Source of the DNA: a virus
Strand: one strand, 5' to 3'
IMG/VR virus record: IMGVR_UViG_3300017917_002969
Span: 33,581-97,580 of that record
DNA length: 64,000 bases
Part shown: piece by piece, positions 28,387-38,599 of the stretch
Layout: each line of letters opens with the position of its first letter
How positions within the stretch are numbered: position 1 is the stretch's first letter
Made by a program: the position numbers and the translations under genes
The notes under the pieces: model-generated
The model's input: the letters and a program-made list of their open reading frames with translations, nothing else
Database searches by the model: none
Told to the model about the DNA's origin: nothing

Positions 28387-31359
28387 ATGTCATTAATACG
28401 TGAAACCAAATTAAATCCTGTACCAATACAAACTGGATATGGTGTCCCATCACACATATCACCAGCTGGTTCTTTTTATTTTGACTTTAATACTGGTATT
28501 GAATATCAAAATAAAGACGGTGTTAATAATTGGGTTCAATTTTTTGATGGTACAAATAGGGCTACAGATGTGTATGTTACAGGTGGTACGTATTCGTCTG
28601 GTTCGGCCACATTTACCAATAACACAGGTGGCACATTTAGTGTTACTGGATTTACAACTTCTGCTAGTCTTTTAGGTTCTTATTTACCACTTAGTGGTGG
28701 AACTGTAACTGGTAATACAATATTCACATCTGGTTTAACGGCAAATACGCTAAACATAACTAATTATATTGATTTTAACACAGGTACAACAAACCCAACA
28801 CCATTAGGTGGTAGAGTATTTTTTGATAATGGCACAAAGGCTTTAAGTTATTATGACATATTAGGAAGCAACGTACCGATTGCAATGGGACAACAGTTAT
28901 ATACTAGAGTTTATAACGCAACTGGTTCACAAATAGATAAAGGTAAGGTAATTTCAATTACTGGTACATCAAATGGTTTACCTAGTGCTACGCTAGCTGT
29001 TAACACACATGCCATAAATTCTGCAAAACCAATTGGTTTGGCGGCAGAAAATATAGCTAACAATTCAGAAGGTTTGGTTTTAAATAATGGTATTTTAAGT
29101 GGTATCACGTTAAACACCTTTTCAAATGGTGATACATTGTATTTATCGGATACGGTACCTGGTGGTTATGTATCTACAACATCATCCTTGGCATTTACTG
29201 CAAGAACTAACGAAATTGGTTATGTTATCCAAACAGGAACAACTACTGGTAAGATTTATGTTAACATCAACAATGAAGATAGCAATCTTAGTTTAACTGA
29301 TATTGAAAGAAATATTCTTGAGGGTAATGTCATATCAACTGGGACATATGCATTTACTGGTTTAACAAGAGTATCAAATACATTATTTTCTATTGCCACA
29401 ATGAGTGGTTGGGTTGTTAAGAATACGAATGGGTATGCTACATTACCAGAGGTTATAAACGTTATTTATAGTGGTACAACTGGTATAACAACACCATATC
29501 TAACCACAGCTGACGCAACATATGTTTTGATAACAAGTGCAGCAACTGTAACATTACAATCAACTTTTCCAACTCCACAAGAAAGAAGACAAAACATATA
29601 TTTGGGTAAAGTAGTACATCCAAATAGAAGTACTATTCTAAATGTAAACAACACGGTAGATTTTGACGTTAGTCCGATGTCAGCACTTCGTGATATGTGG
29701 ACATCATTTAAACTTATTAATGTTGGTATTATACCTAGCGCAAATGGTGCAAACTTAAATATAAACACGTCAGCTGGTACACTTTGGGGTAACGGAATTG
29801 GATGGGTCACAAATCAGCTTAATCCTAATAGTGTTAGTTTATCTGGAAAATCACCAGCATCGTTTGCATATAGAACACAAACAGGTGGTACAGGAACAGA
29901 AACCACCACAATTGATACTTTAAATTATGATGTTGGTGGAGTTATTACAAATGTTCCAGGTGCTGGTAACTTTACAACGCAAAGAATTTATCAATTCCCG
30001 ACTGGATTGGTGAGGATACAATATGGTCAACATTATTATCCAACGTTAGCAAAAGCATTGGCTGAATTGCCAAATGAAACATTTGTTGAATACTCAAACA
30101 ACAGAGATAATGGTATTCTTATTGGTTATTTAACAGTAAAAGATGGAACAACAGATTTGTCAAATACCAACGATGCTATTTTTACATTTGTTTCTAAATT
30201 TGGTGAGGCTTTAGGTGGTACAGCTGGTTTGTCAACAACAACACTTCAGCAAGCGTATGATAATAGTACAACACCAGAAATCATTATAAATGCAGCCTTA
30301 GATGGTTTAACCATAAAAAACGGTACTGGAAATCCAGACGCAACAACACATTTATTGGAAGGGCAAAATACCGCTGGGGCTGTAACATCATTTATTACAG
30401 CTGCTGGCGGTTTTAGTGGTTCTAGCGTATCCGCAATTACAATTACAACACCTAGTTTTACAGCTAATGCAAATGGTTTGACGGCTAGTACAATATCAGC
30501 TACAACATATCAAAATTTACCAATAGATATACGCACAAGTGGAGCCACATATTCAAATAATACTTTTACATTTACCAATAATACTGGAGGTACATTTAAT
30601 GTGTTATTTAATACTTTAACTGGTTTAACTGTAAATGGTAGTTTATTAGTAACTGGTACAACATATCTTGGTAACGGAACATTTACAAAAGCAGGTAATG
30701 CTACTGGTGATATTCTTCTAGATAATAGTGCAACAGACACTCCTGGTATTTTGTTTTATTACGCAAATAATTCAAACTACGGTATTGATAGTTGGAATGG
30801 GTCATATGATGTACTAAGCGGTCAGTTATTACGTTTTACAAATAAATTAAATGAAACAGGTGGGGCTGTAAAGGCGGCAATAGATACTTCAGGTAATATG
30901 GCAGTTGGTGGTTTTATAAAAGCAAATGCGTGGAGAGCTGGTCAAGTAGTAAACGATATTATGTTAAGTAATACTGAAGTAACTATTAGCACAACAACTA
31001 TTGCAACTAGTACTTCGGATACTGATTTTTTAACATACAGTTACACACCAGTAAGCTCTACAAGTTATTTGGTTATTCATTATCATTTGGCAGATTATAG
31101 GTTTGATAGTGGAACTGGTAATGATTCATATTTTTCTAGAATAAAGGTAGATGGTGCTGAAATTACATATTCAAGACAAAGTACTGTTAACGGAAACCGT
31201 TCTGGAGTTCTTTTCCCTCTAACTGGAAGGTATACAAATTCTAGCACAACCGCTAAATCAATAGTTGTTGCATGTCGTAGAGATTCTGCCGATGATAATA
31301 TAACAATAACAAATTCATCTAGTTCAATGTGGTTGAGGATAACAGAAATAGCTAGATAA
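28387..31359 (+). CDS. Large Thr/Gly-rich fibre or decoration protein
   Basis: YLPLSGGTVTG and TISATTYQNLP modules shared with other fibres here; capsid-fibre-like segment (KPIGLAAENIANN...LYLS). Confidence 0.7.
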   Translation: MSLIRETKLNPVPIQTGYGVPSHISPAGSFYFDFNTGIEYQNKDGVNNWVQFFDGTNRATDVYVTGGTYSSGSATFTNNTGGTFSVTGFTTSASLLGSYLPLSGGTVTGNTIFTSGLTANTLNITNYIDFNTGTTNPTPLGGRVFFDNGTKALSYYDILGSNVPIAMGQQLYTRVYNATGSQIDKGKVISITGTSNGLPSATLAVNTHAINSAKPIGLAAENIANNSEGLVLNNGILSGITLNTFSNGDTLYLSDTVPGGYVSTTSSLAFTARTNEIGYVIQTGTTTGKIYVNINNEDSNLSLTDIERNILEGNVISTGTYAFTGLTRVSNTLFSIATMSGWVVKNTNGYATLPEVINVIYSGTTGITTPYLTTADATYVLITSAATVTLQSTFPTPQERRQNIYLGKVVHPNRSTILNVNNTVDFDVSPMSALRDMWTSFKLINVGIIPSANGANLNINTSAGTLWGNGIGWVTNQLNPNSVSLSGKSPASFAYRTQTGGTGTETTTIDTLNYDVGGVITNVPGAGNFTTQRIYQFPTGLVRIQYGQHYYPTLAKALAELPNETFVEYSNNRDNGILIGYLTVKDGTTDLSNTNDAIFTFVSKFGEALGGTAGLSTTTLQQAYDNSTTPEIIINAALDGLTIKNGTGNPDATTHLLEGQNTAGAVTSFITAAGGFSGSSVSAITITTPSFTANANGLTASTISATTYQNLPIDIRTSGATYSNNTFTFTNNTGGTFNVLFNTLTGLTVNGSLLVTGTTYLGNGTFTKAGNATGDILLDNSATDTPGILFYYANNSNYGIDSWNGSYDVLSGQLLRFTNKLNETGGAVKAAIDTSGNMAVGGFIKANAWRAGQVVNDIMLSNTEVTISTTTIATSTSDTDFLTYSYTPVSSTSYLVIHYHLADYRFDSGTGNDSYFSRIKVDGAEITYSRQSTVNGNRSGVLFPLTGRYTNSSTTAKSIVVACRRDSADDNITITNSSSSMWLRITEIAR

Positions 31360-31412
31360 TCTTCAGATTAACAAACTAAAGAATAAGTAGAATATTTATT
31401 AGGAAACATTAA

Positions 31413-33359
31413 ATGGGTAACATAAAAAACTTTAATTTTAATAAACTACGTGTAAGGTTGTCAAATAGCGACTTTTGGGATTTCTTTTTAGCGGCAGATG
31501 ACAGTCCTTTACAAGGTAGTGGTCCCGTATCATCTGGTGATTGTTTTGTTGTCCATTATGATTTTAACAATGTTTCTATTTACCCAGATAGTGCAACAAC
31601 TGCTTCTACTATATATAGTCTAGTTAGTTGGTCTGGAGCAACCAATACTGGTTATACTTTTAGTTCAATTGGTTTAACTGGTATCGATAACGGACTTATT
31701 ACATTTGAAAAAGACCCATTAGACCCGACAAATCAGAATTTGGTTGAGGCTTTGACTGGTTCTACGTTGATAATACCGTCTGGTGATACAAGATTAATGA
31801 TGCATTTGGTCACTGGTACAACTGGTGATTATGTTTATCCAACAGAAAGGATTAGCAACCCAACTGGCTCTAGTGGTGATTATGTTCAATTTTGTGGTGG
31901 ATTCTATCAAGGATTTTATAAGATTGATGGAAGTTCATATGAAGTATTACCAACGAGGGTAAATCAAGGGTGGGTTGCTGAATTTTGGGTTAATAAACAA
32001 AACATATGTGGTCAAATAACTGGAACAACACTTAATGATGAATATCCCAATAATAAAGGGTTTTTCTTTTATATGGGAACACGTGCTGAAAATAAGTTCT
32101 GGAATCAGTTTTATGGTAATAATACTGGTTGTACTAGTGCTTGTACCGTAAATACAGCTACTACGGAATGTAGTGGATTTACTGGTAGTGCAACAACATG
32201 GTGTACAATACCAAAAGAAAAAGACATTACACTAATTGGTGATTATGGTTTTGGAATCCCATTAAATCCTCCTAGAGTGGACATAACATTAGTAACTAAC
32301 CCATTCTTGATATACGGCAGAGCATATGATTCAAGCGCTCCAAGATTAAGTGGTGTTACAGATAGTATAATACCATCTGGAATCACAAACACTAGTTCTG
32401 ATAACGCTGGTTGTGGTTCTACAAACATATACAGTTATATGTTTAGTACTAATGGATGTGATTTATCAAGCAATGATGGTCTTGGTACTAAAACAGTGTG
32501 TTCATATAGTGGTGGTGGGATTTCAGTTGGTAGAACAAGAGAAGTATCAATTAGCGACCAAAATCCATTTTTAATATATGGTAGAGGTTCTGGTGCTATT
32601 AGTGGTTGTTCATGTAGCGCATGTTGTGGTCCACTTGATGGGTTAGGAAGTGAAACTGTATGTTCTTATGGTCGTGGAAAAACTGAAGAGGTTGAAATAG
32701 ATTATAATTTGGATATAATTGACAATGCGATTGGTTTTAGAATAACAGATGATGGTAGAATTGGTTATAGAATGCTTACAGTAACTGGAACTTGCTATAC
32801 TGCGGCTACAGGTCAAAGACTATATACTAGCGGTGTTACGATTCAAGAGGGTTATTCATCAGCAAATACGGTAAATCCAAATGAATGGACATACATAGCT
32901 ATTAGATATAAAACAAACTACGAGGATAATTGCACACTTAAGTTACCAAAACACAGAAAGGGTAAGTTGATGTTTTATGTTAATGCTAAATTAAAATATA
33001 CCATAAACGAATTTCCAGAATTTATCGCTAGAAAACTAGATGAATATAAAGGAAAGCAAGTAGGGGTACCTTTTAATTTTAGTTTAGGAGGTGGAAGTCA
33101 AGGGCTTATTGATAGTCAAACATTTGACGGACCAGATATGGAAGATAGAGGTTTACCCATAGAAGAAAACTTTGCTGGTACGTTTATTGGTGGAATTTCT
33201 CAATTTAAATTCAATATTTGTGATTTAAGTTATGCCCAAATACAATATAATTATTTGTCAGATTTTTCAAGATATTACCCATCAACCACAAACCTTCTTT
33301 TAACAGAAAGCGCATATCTTTTATTACAAGAAAATGCATTTGGTATTATTTGGTTGTAA
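31413..33359 (+). CDS. Virion protein with LamG/ConA-like segments and a Cys-rich insert
   Basis: GWVAEFWV, WTYIAI, LMFYVNAKL, FIGGISQF pattern; C-terminal LLTE..YLLLQE. Confidence 0.6.
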   Translation: MGNIKNFNFNKLRVRLSNSDFWDFFLAADDSPLQGSGPVSSGDCFVVHYDFNNVSIYPDSATTASTIYSLVSWSGATNTGYTFSSIGLTGIDNGLITFEKDPLDPTNQNLVEALTGSTLIIPSGDTRLMMHLVTGTTGDYVYPTERISNPTGSSGDYVQFCGGFYQGFYKIDGSSYEVLPTRVNQGWVAEFWVNKQNICGQITGTTLNDEYPNNKGFFFYMGTRAENKFWNQFYGNNTGCTSACTVNTATTECSGFTGSATTWCTIPKEKDITLIGDYGFGIPLNPPRVDITLVTNPFLIYGRAYDSSAPRLSGVTDSIIPSGITNTSSDNAGCGSTNIYSYMFSTNGCDLSSNDGLGTKTVCSYSGGGISVGRTREVSISDQNPFLIYGRGSGAISGCSCSACCGPLDGLGSETVCSYGRGKTEEVEIDYNLDIIDNAIGFRITDDGRIGYRMLTVTGTCYTAATGQRLYTSGVTIQEGYSSANTVNPNEWTYIAIRYKTNYEDNCTLKLPKHRKGKLMFYVNAKLKYTINEFPEFIARKLDEYKGKQVGVPFNFSLGGGSQGLIDSQTFDGPDMEDRGLPIEENFAGTFIGGISQFKFNICDLSYAQIQYNYLSDFSRYYPSTTNLLLTESAYLLLQENAFGIIWL

Positions 33360-33423
33360 AAATAAGTCCAAATGATTTATATTTTTATTTTATGTTTGAT
33401 ATTTATTATAAATTAACTTTAAA

Positions 33424-33717
33424 ATGTCAAATAAGAAAATATCACAACTTAATGTCAATTCAAACCCAACACCTTCGGATGCGTTTGCCATTGTAAATAG
33501 TGGAGAAACAAAACAAATTTCATTAAGTGCTGTAACCGAATATGTTAATTTTCAAAGTTTGGCAAATTTGGGGTTTATTATTAGACCAAGACCAATTAAT
33601 CAAGATGTTACTCTACCAGAAAATTCTGAAGTGTTATATTTTGACCTTCTTGAAATGGGAAATGGAAGTACATTAAGTATTCCAAATACAACTATAATAA
33701 AAATAAAAACAGAATAA
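33424..33717 (+). CDS. Small fibre-associated protein
   Basis: MSNKKISQL N-terminus typical of phage fibre adaptors. Confidence 0.6.
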   Translation: MSNKKISQLNVNSNPTPSDAFAIVNSGETKQISLSAVTEYVNFQSLANLGFIIRPRPINQDVTLPENSEVLYFDLLEMGNGSTLSIPNTTIIKIKTE

Positions 33718-33730
33718 AAGTAAAATAAAA

Positions 33731-35275
33731 ATGAGTCAACTTTTAGTAAATAATATAAACCCATACAGTGGTTCACAATTAACTTTAAATGGTGTTATAA
33801 TAGGCAATGGCACATTGTCAGCAACAACTTATTTAAACGTACCAACAACAACTTTTAGTGGTGGAACTGTTTCTGGTCTAACAGCAACAACAGTTAGTGC
33901 AACAACTTATTTGAACCTACCAGTTAGTAATAGTAATTTTCTACCATTATCTGGAGGTACAGTAACTGGTTCAACTATATTTAATAGTGGGTTAAATTCA
34001 AATAGCATATCAGCTACCACTATATCAGCCACTACATTTTATGGTGATGGTAGCAACCTTACTGGTATTAGTTCTGGAGCTGCATTTACTGGAGGTACAG
34101 TAAGTGGTGCAAGTATATTTACAAATGGATTAACAGCTAGTACTATATCAGCTACTACTTATCAAAATTTACCAACTAGTACTATAGCAACAAGCGGAAG
34201 TACAATTTACACCACATCACCATCCACTAGTAATTTTTCAACAGGCAACAGTATATTTTTTGGTAATAATGCTGGCAATCAAGCAACAAGTGCATCGTTT
34301 TCAAACTTTTTTGGAAGATGGGCTGGGTCTGGCGCAACTAGTGCAAGTGTTTCTAACTTTATTGGTGCTTCTGCTGGTCAAGGGGCAACTAGCGCAAGTA
34401 ATTCAAACTTTTTTGGTTCTGCTGCTGGTTCTCAAGCAATTTTAGCAAGTTATTCTAACTTTTTTGGTGCTGGTGCTGGTCAAGGGGCAACAAGTGCAAG
34501 TAATTCAAACTTTTTTGGTAATCAAGCTGGTTATCAAGCAACTGGTGTAAGTGCTTCTAACTTTATAGGTGCTAGTGCTGGTGCTCAAGCAACTGATGCA
34601 TATGATTCAACGTTTATTGGTACATATGCTGGTTATCAAGCAACTAACGCAAATAGGTCTAATTTTATTGGTTATTATGCTGGTTTTCAAGCAACTAACG
34701 CAAGTGGTTCAAACTTTTTAGGTCTTGATGCTGGTCGGGGAGCAACTAACGCAAATGGTTCTAACTTTATTGGTGGTTCTGCTGGTAATGGGGCAACTGG
34801 CGCTAGTAATTCAATATTTATCGGACCTTTTGCTGGTTATTTTGCTGAAACAGCTAACAGAAGTATATTTATAGGTGTTAATGCTGGTAATAATGATGAT
34901 GTTAATAATAGCGGAGGAAAATGGTCGATACTTATTGGGGCCTCAACTAGCACTGGCGGTTTTTCTAATAGCATTGCATTGGGTGCTAGTGCTACAAATA
35001 CATCTGAAAATCAATTTTTAATTGCTCCATCAATAACTGGAACCGTGACAAATGGTTCTATTGGTGCTGGTGTGTCAGCAATTAATAATTCAGCAGTGTT
35101 ACAAGCGGATTCAACAACCAAGGGTTTCTTGCCTCCAAGAATGACAGGTGCAGAAGCTGAAGCTATTGTAAGTCCAGCAGAAGGTTTAATAGTATATGCT
35201 ACAGTTAGTGGTAGTACTATTACAACTAAAGGATGGTGGGGTTATGATGGTTCAACGTGGGTAAAATTAAATTAA
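33731..35275 (+). CDS. Fibre/adhesin with about 13 17-aa solenoid repeats
   Basis: S(N/T)F(F/I)GxxAGxxAT repeats; C-terminal STTKGFLPPRMT...EGLIVY...WGYDGSTW module. Confidence 0.78.
   Translation: MSQLLVNNINPYSGSQLTLNGVIIGNGTLSATTYLNVPTTTFSGGTVSGLTATTVSATTYLNLPVSNSNFLPLSGGTVTGSTIFNSGLNSNSISATTISATTFYGDGSNLTGISSGAAFTGGTVSGASIFTNGLTASTISATTYQNLPTSTIATSGSTIYTTSPSTSNFSTGNSIFFGNNAGNQATSASFSNFFGRWAGSGATSASVSNFIGASAGQGATSASNSNFFGSAAGSQAILASYSNFFGAGAGQGATSASNSNFFGNQAGYQATGVSASNFIGASAGAQATDAYDSTFIGTYAGYQATNANRSNFIGYYAGFQATNASGSNFLGLDAGRGATNANGSNFIGGSAGNGATGASNSIFIGPFAGYFAETANRSIFIGVNAGNNDDVNNSGGKWSILIGASTSTGGFSNSIALGASATNTSENQFLIAPSITGTVTNGSIGAGVSAINNSAVLQADSTTKGFLPPRMTGAEAEAIVSPAEGLIVYATVSGSTITTKGWWGYDGSTWVKLN
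34250..34900 (+). repeat. 51-bp coding tandem repeat, about 13 units
   Basis: Recurring tcaaacttt(t/a)ttgg...gctgg at 51-nt period. Confidence 0.85.
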
Positions 35276-35308
35276 AATTAAATAAATGGTAAGTTTAAAT
35301 AAAAACAA

Positions 35309-38074
35309 ATGGCAAATGGTTTAACATTAAGAACATTAATAAGCCCATATGGTGATACAACAAAGGGTAGTGTGTTGAGTCATCAAGAGGTTGATGGAGA
35401 TTTTATATATCTTAAGGGTCAAGTAATATACACATCGACTACAGATACAAATGGAACCATACTTACCAAATACAATGGTGATAATATTAACATATTTGAT
35501 ACACATATTACTGGTGGTACTTTTGATAGCGTAACTGGTATAATTACGTTTAGAAATAATACAGGAAATCCAGCCAATGATTTTGAAGTGACTGGTTTAA
35601 CAGGTTCAACATCACCAATAACCCTTGAATTAAATAACTCTTTATTTTCAACAGCAATTGATGGTGGTTTACAAGCCACAAATGCAACAAATTCAAACTT
35701 TTTTGGTCTTAGTGCTGGTACTCTATCTACCAATGCAAGCGGTTCAACATTTATTGGTTATAAAGCTGGTTATAGCGCACCAGATGCTCCTGATTCAAAT
35801 TTTTTAGGATATGAGGCTGGTTATCAAGCAACAACTGCAAATAATTCAAACTTTTTTGGTAAAAAAGCTGGTTATCAAGCAACTGGTGCAAGTGCTTCTA
35901 ACTTTATCGGACTTAGTGCTGGTTGTGGAGCAACTGACTCAGGTGGGTCAAACTTTATTGGTGTTGGTGCTGGTTTAAATGCTACAAATGCGGCTGGGTC
36001 AAACTTTATTGGTTCTAATGCTGGTTCTCAAGCAACAAATGCATATACTTCAAACTTTATAGGACTTGGTGCTGGTTTTCAAGCAATAAATGCAAATGAC
36101 TCTAATTTTATTGGAAATTCTGCTGGTTATGGAGCAACTGGTGCAAGTATTTCTACATTTATTGGTGCAGAAGCTGGTTTTCAAGCAATAAATGCCAGTG
36201 GTTCAACATTTATTGGTGTTGGTGCTGGTTCTGGAGCAACCAACGCAAGTGATTCTATGTTCTTTGGTACTTCAGCTGGTCAAGGGGCAACCGATGCCAG
36301 TGGTTCAATATTTATTGGTTATGAAAGTGGTTATGAGGCAACTGATGCTTATGTAGGAACATTTATTGGACCACAAGCTGGGTACCAAGCAACAAATGCC
36401 TTTGGTTCAGTATTTATAGGTGGTGTGGCTGGGGGTTTGGCAGCAAACGCCTTTGTTTCAACATTTATTGGTGCATATGCTGGTCAAGGGGCAACTGATG
36501 CAAATAGGTCAACATTTATTGGTTATGAAACTGGTTATGAGGCAACCAATGCAAGCGGTTCAACATTTATTGGTTATCAAACAGGTACTGGAGCTACTAA
36601 CGCTTCATTTTCATTATTTATGGGTTTTAATTCTGGTATTAATGCAATAAATGCAAAAAATTCTGTTTTTCTAGGTACTGGAAGTGGTTCTGGGGCGACT
36701 AATGCTAATAATTCAAACTTTATAGGTATTAATGCTGGTAATTCAGCGTCAGCTGCAACTTATTCAAACTTTATTGGTTCACAAGCTGGTTTAGGGGCTA
36801 TTAGCGGTAGTAGTTCAAACTTTTTTGGTTATAGAGCTGGTGAAGGGGCAACTAATGCTAATAATTCAAACTTTTTAGGTGAAGAGGCTGGTTTTGGAGC
36901 ACTAAGTGCATATAATTCAACATTTATGGGTTATGAAGCTGGTTATAGAGCAATTAATGCTGATTCATCTGTTTTTATAGGATATCAAGCTGGTTTTAAT
37001 GGGTCAGCCCACACCGATTCAAACTTTATTGGTTACCAAGCTGGTTATAGATTAAATTCAACTGGAAGTTCTGCCAACTCAAACTTTTTTGGTTATAGAG
37101 CTGGATACATAACAGGTGCTAATGGAAACATTAATAACTCAAACTTTTTAGGTGAAGAGGCTGGTAGCGGTGCGATTGGTGCAACCAATTCAAACTTTTT
37201 TGGTAATCAGGCTGGTTATTTGGCAACAAGTTCATCTAATTCAAACTTTTTTGGTGATTCTGCTGGTTATGGGGCAACAGGTGCAGATAATTCAAACTTT
37301 TTTGGTAATTCTGCTGGTCTAAATGCTGATAATGCTAATGATTCAAACTTTATTGGTTATAGAGCTGGTTATGGAGCGAATGGTGCAGATAAATCAAACT
37401 TTTTTGGTTATAGAGCTGGTAATCAGGCAACAAATTCAAGCTATTCAAACTTTATTGGAGAAGATGCTGGTTTTGGAGCAACAAATTCAAGCTATTCAAA
37501 CTTTATTGGTCAACAGGCTGGTAATTCAGCGTCAGATTCAACTCATTCAAACTTTATTGGTTATGAAGCTGGTCAAAAGGCAACTGGTTCAACTGGTTCA
37601 AACTTTATTGGTTATCAAGCTGGTTCTAGTGCTGATATAAAAGGATATGGTGACTACAATATAGCGATTGGTTACAAGGCTGGTTATGTTTTTACTGGTC
37701 AAACAAGTATTGGTGATAATAACATCATAATAGGTAACAGTATAACACTTTCTGGTGGTTCACAAAATGGGTTAAACATAGGTGGTGTTATTTTTGGTAC
37801 AGGAATGAATTCACAAACTACAAGTCCTCAAACATCAAATAGTGGTGTGACATCAAATTCGGCTGCAATTGGTATTAGAGTTATATCACCTACCGCAACA
37901 CTTGATGTTAGTGGTACAACTGGTTATAATCAGTTTAGAATGAGAACATCATATACACCTAGTACTAGTGGTGATACAAACGGTAATATTGGTGACATTG
38001 CTTGGGATAATAATTATGTTTATGTTAAAACAAACCTTGGTTGGGGTAGGGCAGCATTAAGTTACGCATTTTAA
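35309..38074 (+). CDS. Fibre/adhesin with about 38 17-aa solenoid repeats
   Basis: N-terminal KGSVLSHQEVDGDF fibre-attachment-like motif; repeat array; C-terminal GNIGDIAWDNNYVYVKT..W. Confidence 0.8.
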   Translation: MANGLTLRTLISPYGDTTKGSVLSHQEVDGDFIYLKGQVIYTSTTDTNGTILTKYNGDNINIFDTHITGGTFDSVTGIITFRNNTGNPANDFEVTGLTGSTSPITLELNNSLFSTAIDGGLQATNATNSNFFGLSAGTLSTNASGSTFIGYKAGYSAPDAPDSNFLGYEAGYQATTANNSNFFGKKAGYQATGASASNFIGLSAGCGATDSGGSNFIGVGAGLNATNAAGSNFIGSNAGSQATNAYTSNFIGLGAGFQAINANDSNFIGNSAGYGATGASISTFIGAEAGFQAINASGSTFIGVGAGSGATNASDSMFFGTSAGQGATDASGSIFIGYESGYEATDAYVGTFIGPQAGYQATNAFGSVFIGGVAGGLAANAFVSTFIGAYAGQGATDANRSTFIGYETGYEATNASGSTFIGYQTGTGATNASFSLFMGFNSGINAINAKNSVFLGTGSGSGATNANNSNFIGINAGNSASAATYSNFIGSQAGLGAISGSSSNFFGYRAGEGATNANNSNFLGEEAGFGALSAYNSTFMGYEAGYRAINADSSVFIGYQAGFNGSAHTDSNFIGYQAGYRLNSTGSSANSNFFGYRAGYITGANGNINNSNFLGEEAGSGAIGATNSNFFGNQAGYLATSSSNSNFFGDSAGYGATGADNSNFFGNSAGLNADNANDSNFIGYRAGYGANGADKSNFFGYRAGNQATNSSYSNFIGEDAGFGATNSSYSNFIGQQAGNSASDSTHSNFIGYEAGQKATGSTGSNFIGYQAGSSADIKGYGDYNIAIGYKAGYVFTGQTSIGDNNIIIGNSITLSGGSQNGLNIGGVIFGTGMNSQTTSPQTSNSGVTSNSAAIGIRVISPTATLDVSGTTGYNQFRMRTSYTPSTSGDTNGNIGDIAWDNNYVYVKTNLGWGRAALSYAF
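35693..37657 (+). repeat. 51-bp coding tandem repeat, about 38 units
   Basis: Counted from the translation; e.g. identical 32-mers at 37427-37458 and 37478-37509. Confidence 0.9.
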
Positions 38075-38104
38075 CTAATAAGAATATTTATATTAATAGT
38101 TTGT

Positions 38105-38476
38105 ATGGAATTTTTCATTAATAAAAACGCAACACTCCCTGTTCTAAAACTTGAATTAATTCAGGATGGACGTAATGATTTTAACAATTTTTACGATTTA
38201 ATTCAGAATGCTAGTATTTATTTCACAATGACAGATGTAATAACTGGTGTTAAACGTATTGCTAAGAAATCAACTGGTCTACAACAAGTAATCCCAGAAA
38301 GTTGTGTTGGTGAAGAATTTTACTTGATATATCAGTTTACAGAAAGAGATACAGCAATTGCTGGTAGATATGTAGCTCAGTTTACAATAGAATTTTTAGA
38401 TGGTAGTGGAACCCTTGTGGTCCCTATAAGAGAAGAACTGTTCGTGAATATACTAGATGGTTCAATTAAAAAATGA
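38105..38476 (+). CDS. BppU-like Ig-fold baseplate/fibre adaptor
   Basis: FFINKNATLP...YQF...DT...G.Y.AQF.I.F..G....P pattern. Confidence 0.55.
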   Translation: MEFFINKNATLPVLKLELIQDGRNDFNNFYDLIQNASIYFTMTDVITGVKRIAKKSTGLQQVIPESCVGEEFYLIYQFTERDTAIAGRYVAQFTIEFLDGSGTLVVPIREELFVNILDGSIKK

Positions 38477-38482
38477 GATAAA

Positions 38483-38585
38483 TTTGCATTTATCAATTTA
38501 AAATAGTAACTTTGTAACGGTTACAAAGTTAAAAAATATTTTCATACAAACTACTTGTCTAATCAAAGGTTAATTCGTACCTTTG
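38483..38585 (+). promoter_or_regulatory. Tandem Bacteroidota-type promoters for DNA polymerase
   Basis: TTTG(38483-86)-20nt-TAACTTTG(38507-14) and TTG(38555-57)-20nt-TACCTTTG(38578-85). Confidence 0.78.
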
Positions 38586-38599
38586 TATAAATTATATTA

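Noticed and set aside
35693-37657. Periodic DNA repeats resembling a CRISPR array
   Set aside because: In-frame 51-nt coding repeats with degenerate units and no unique spacers or cas genes
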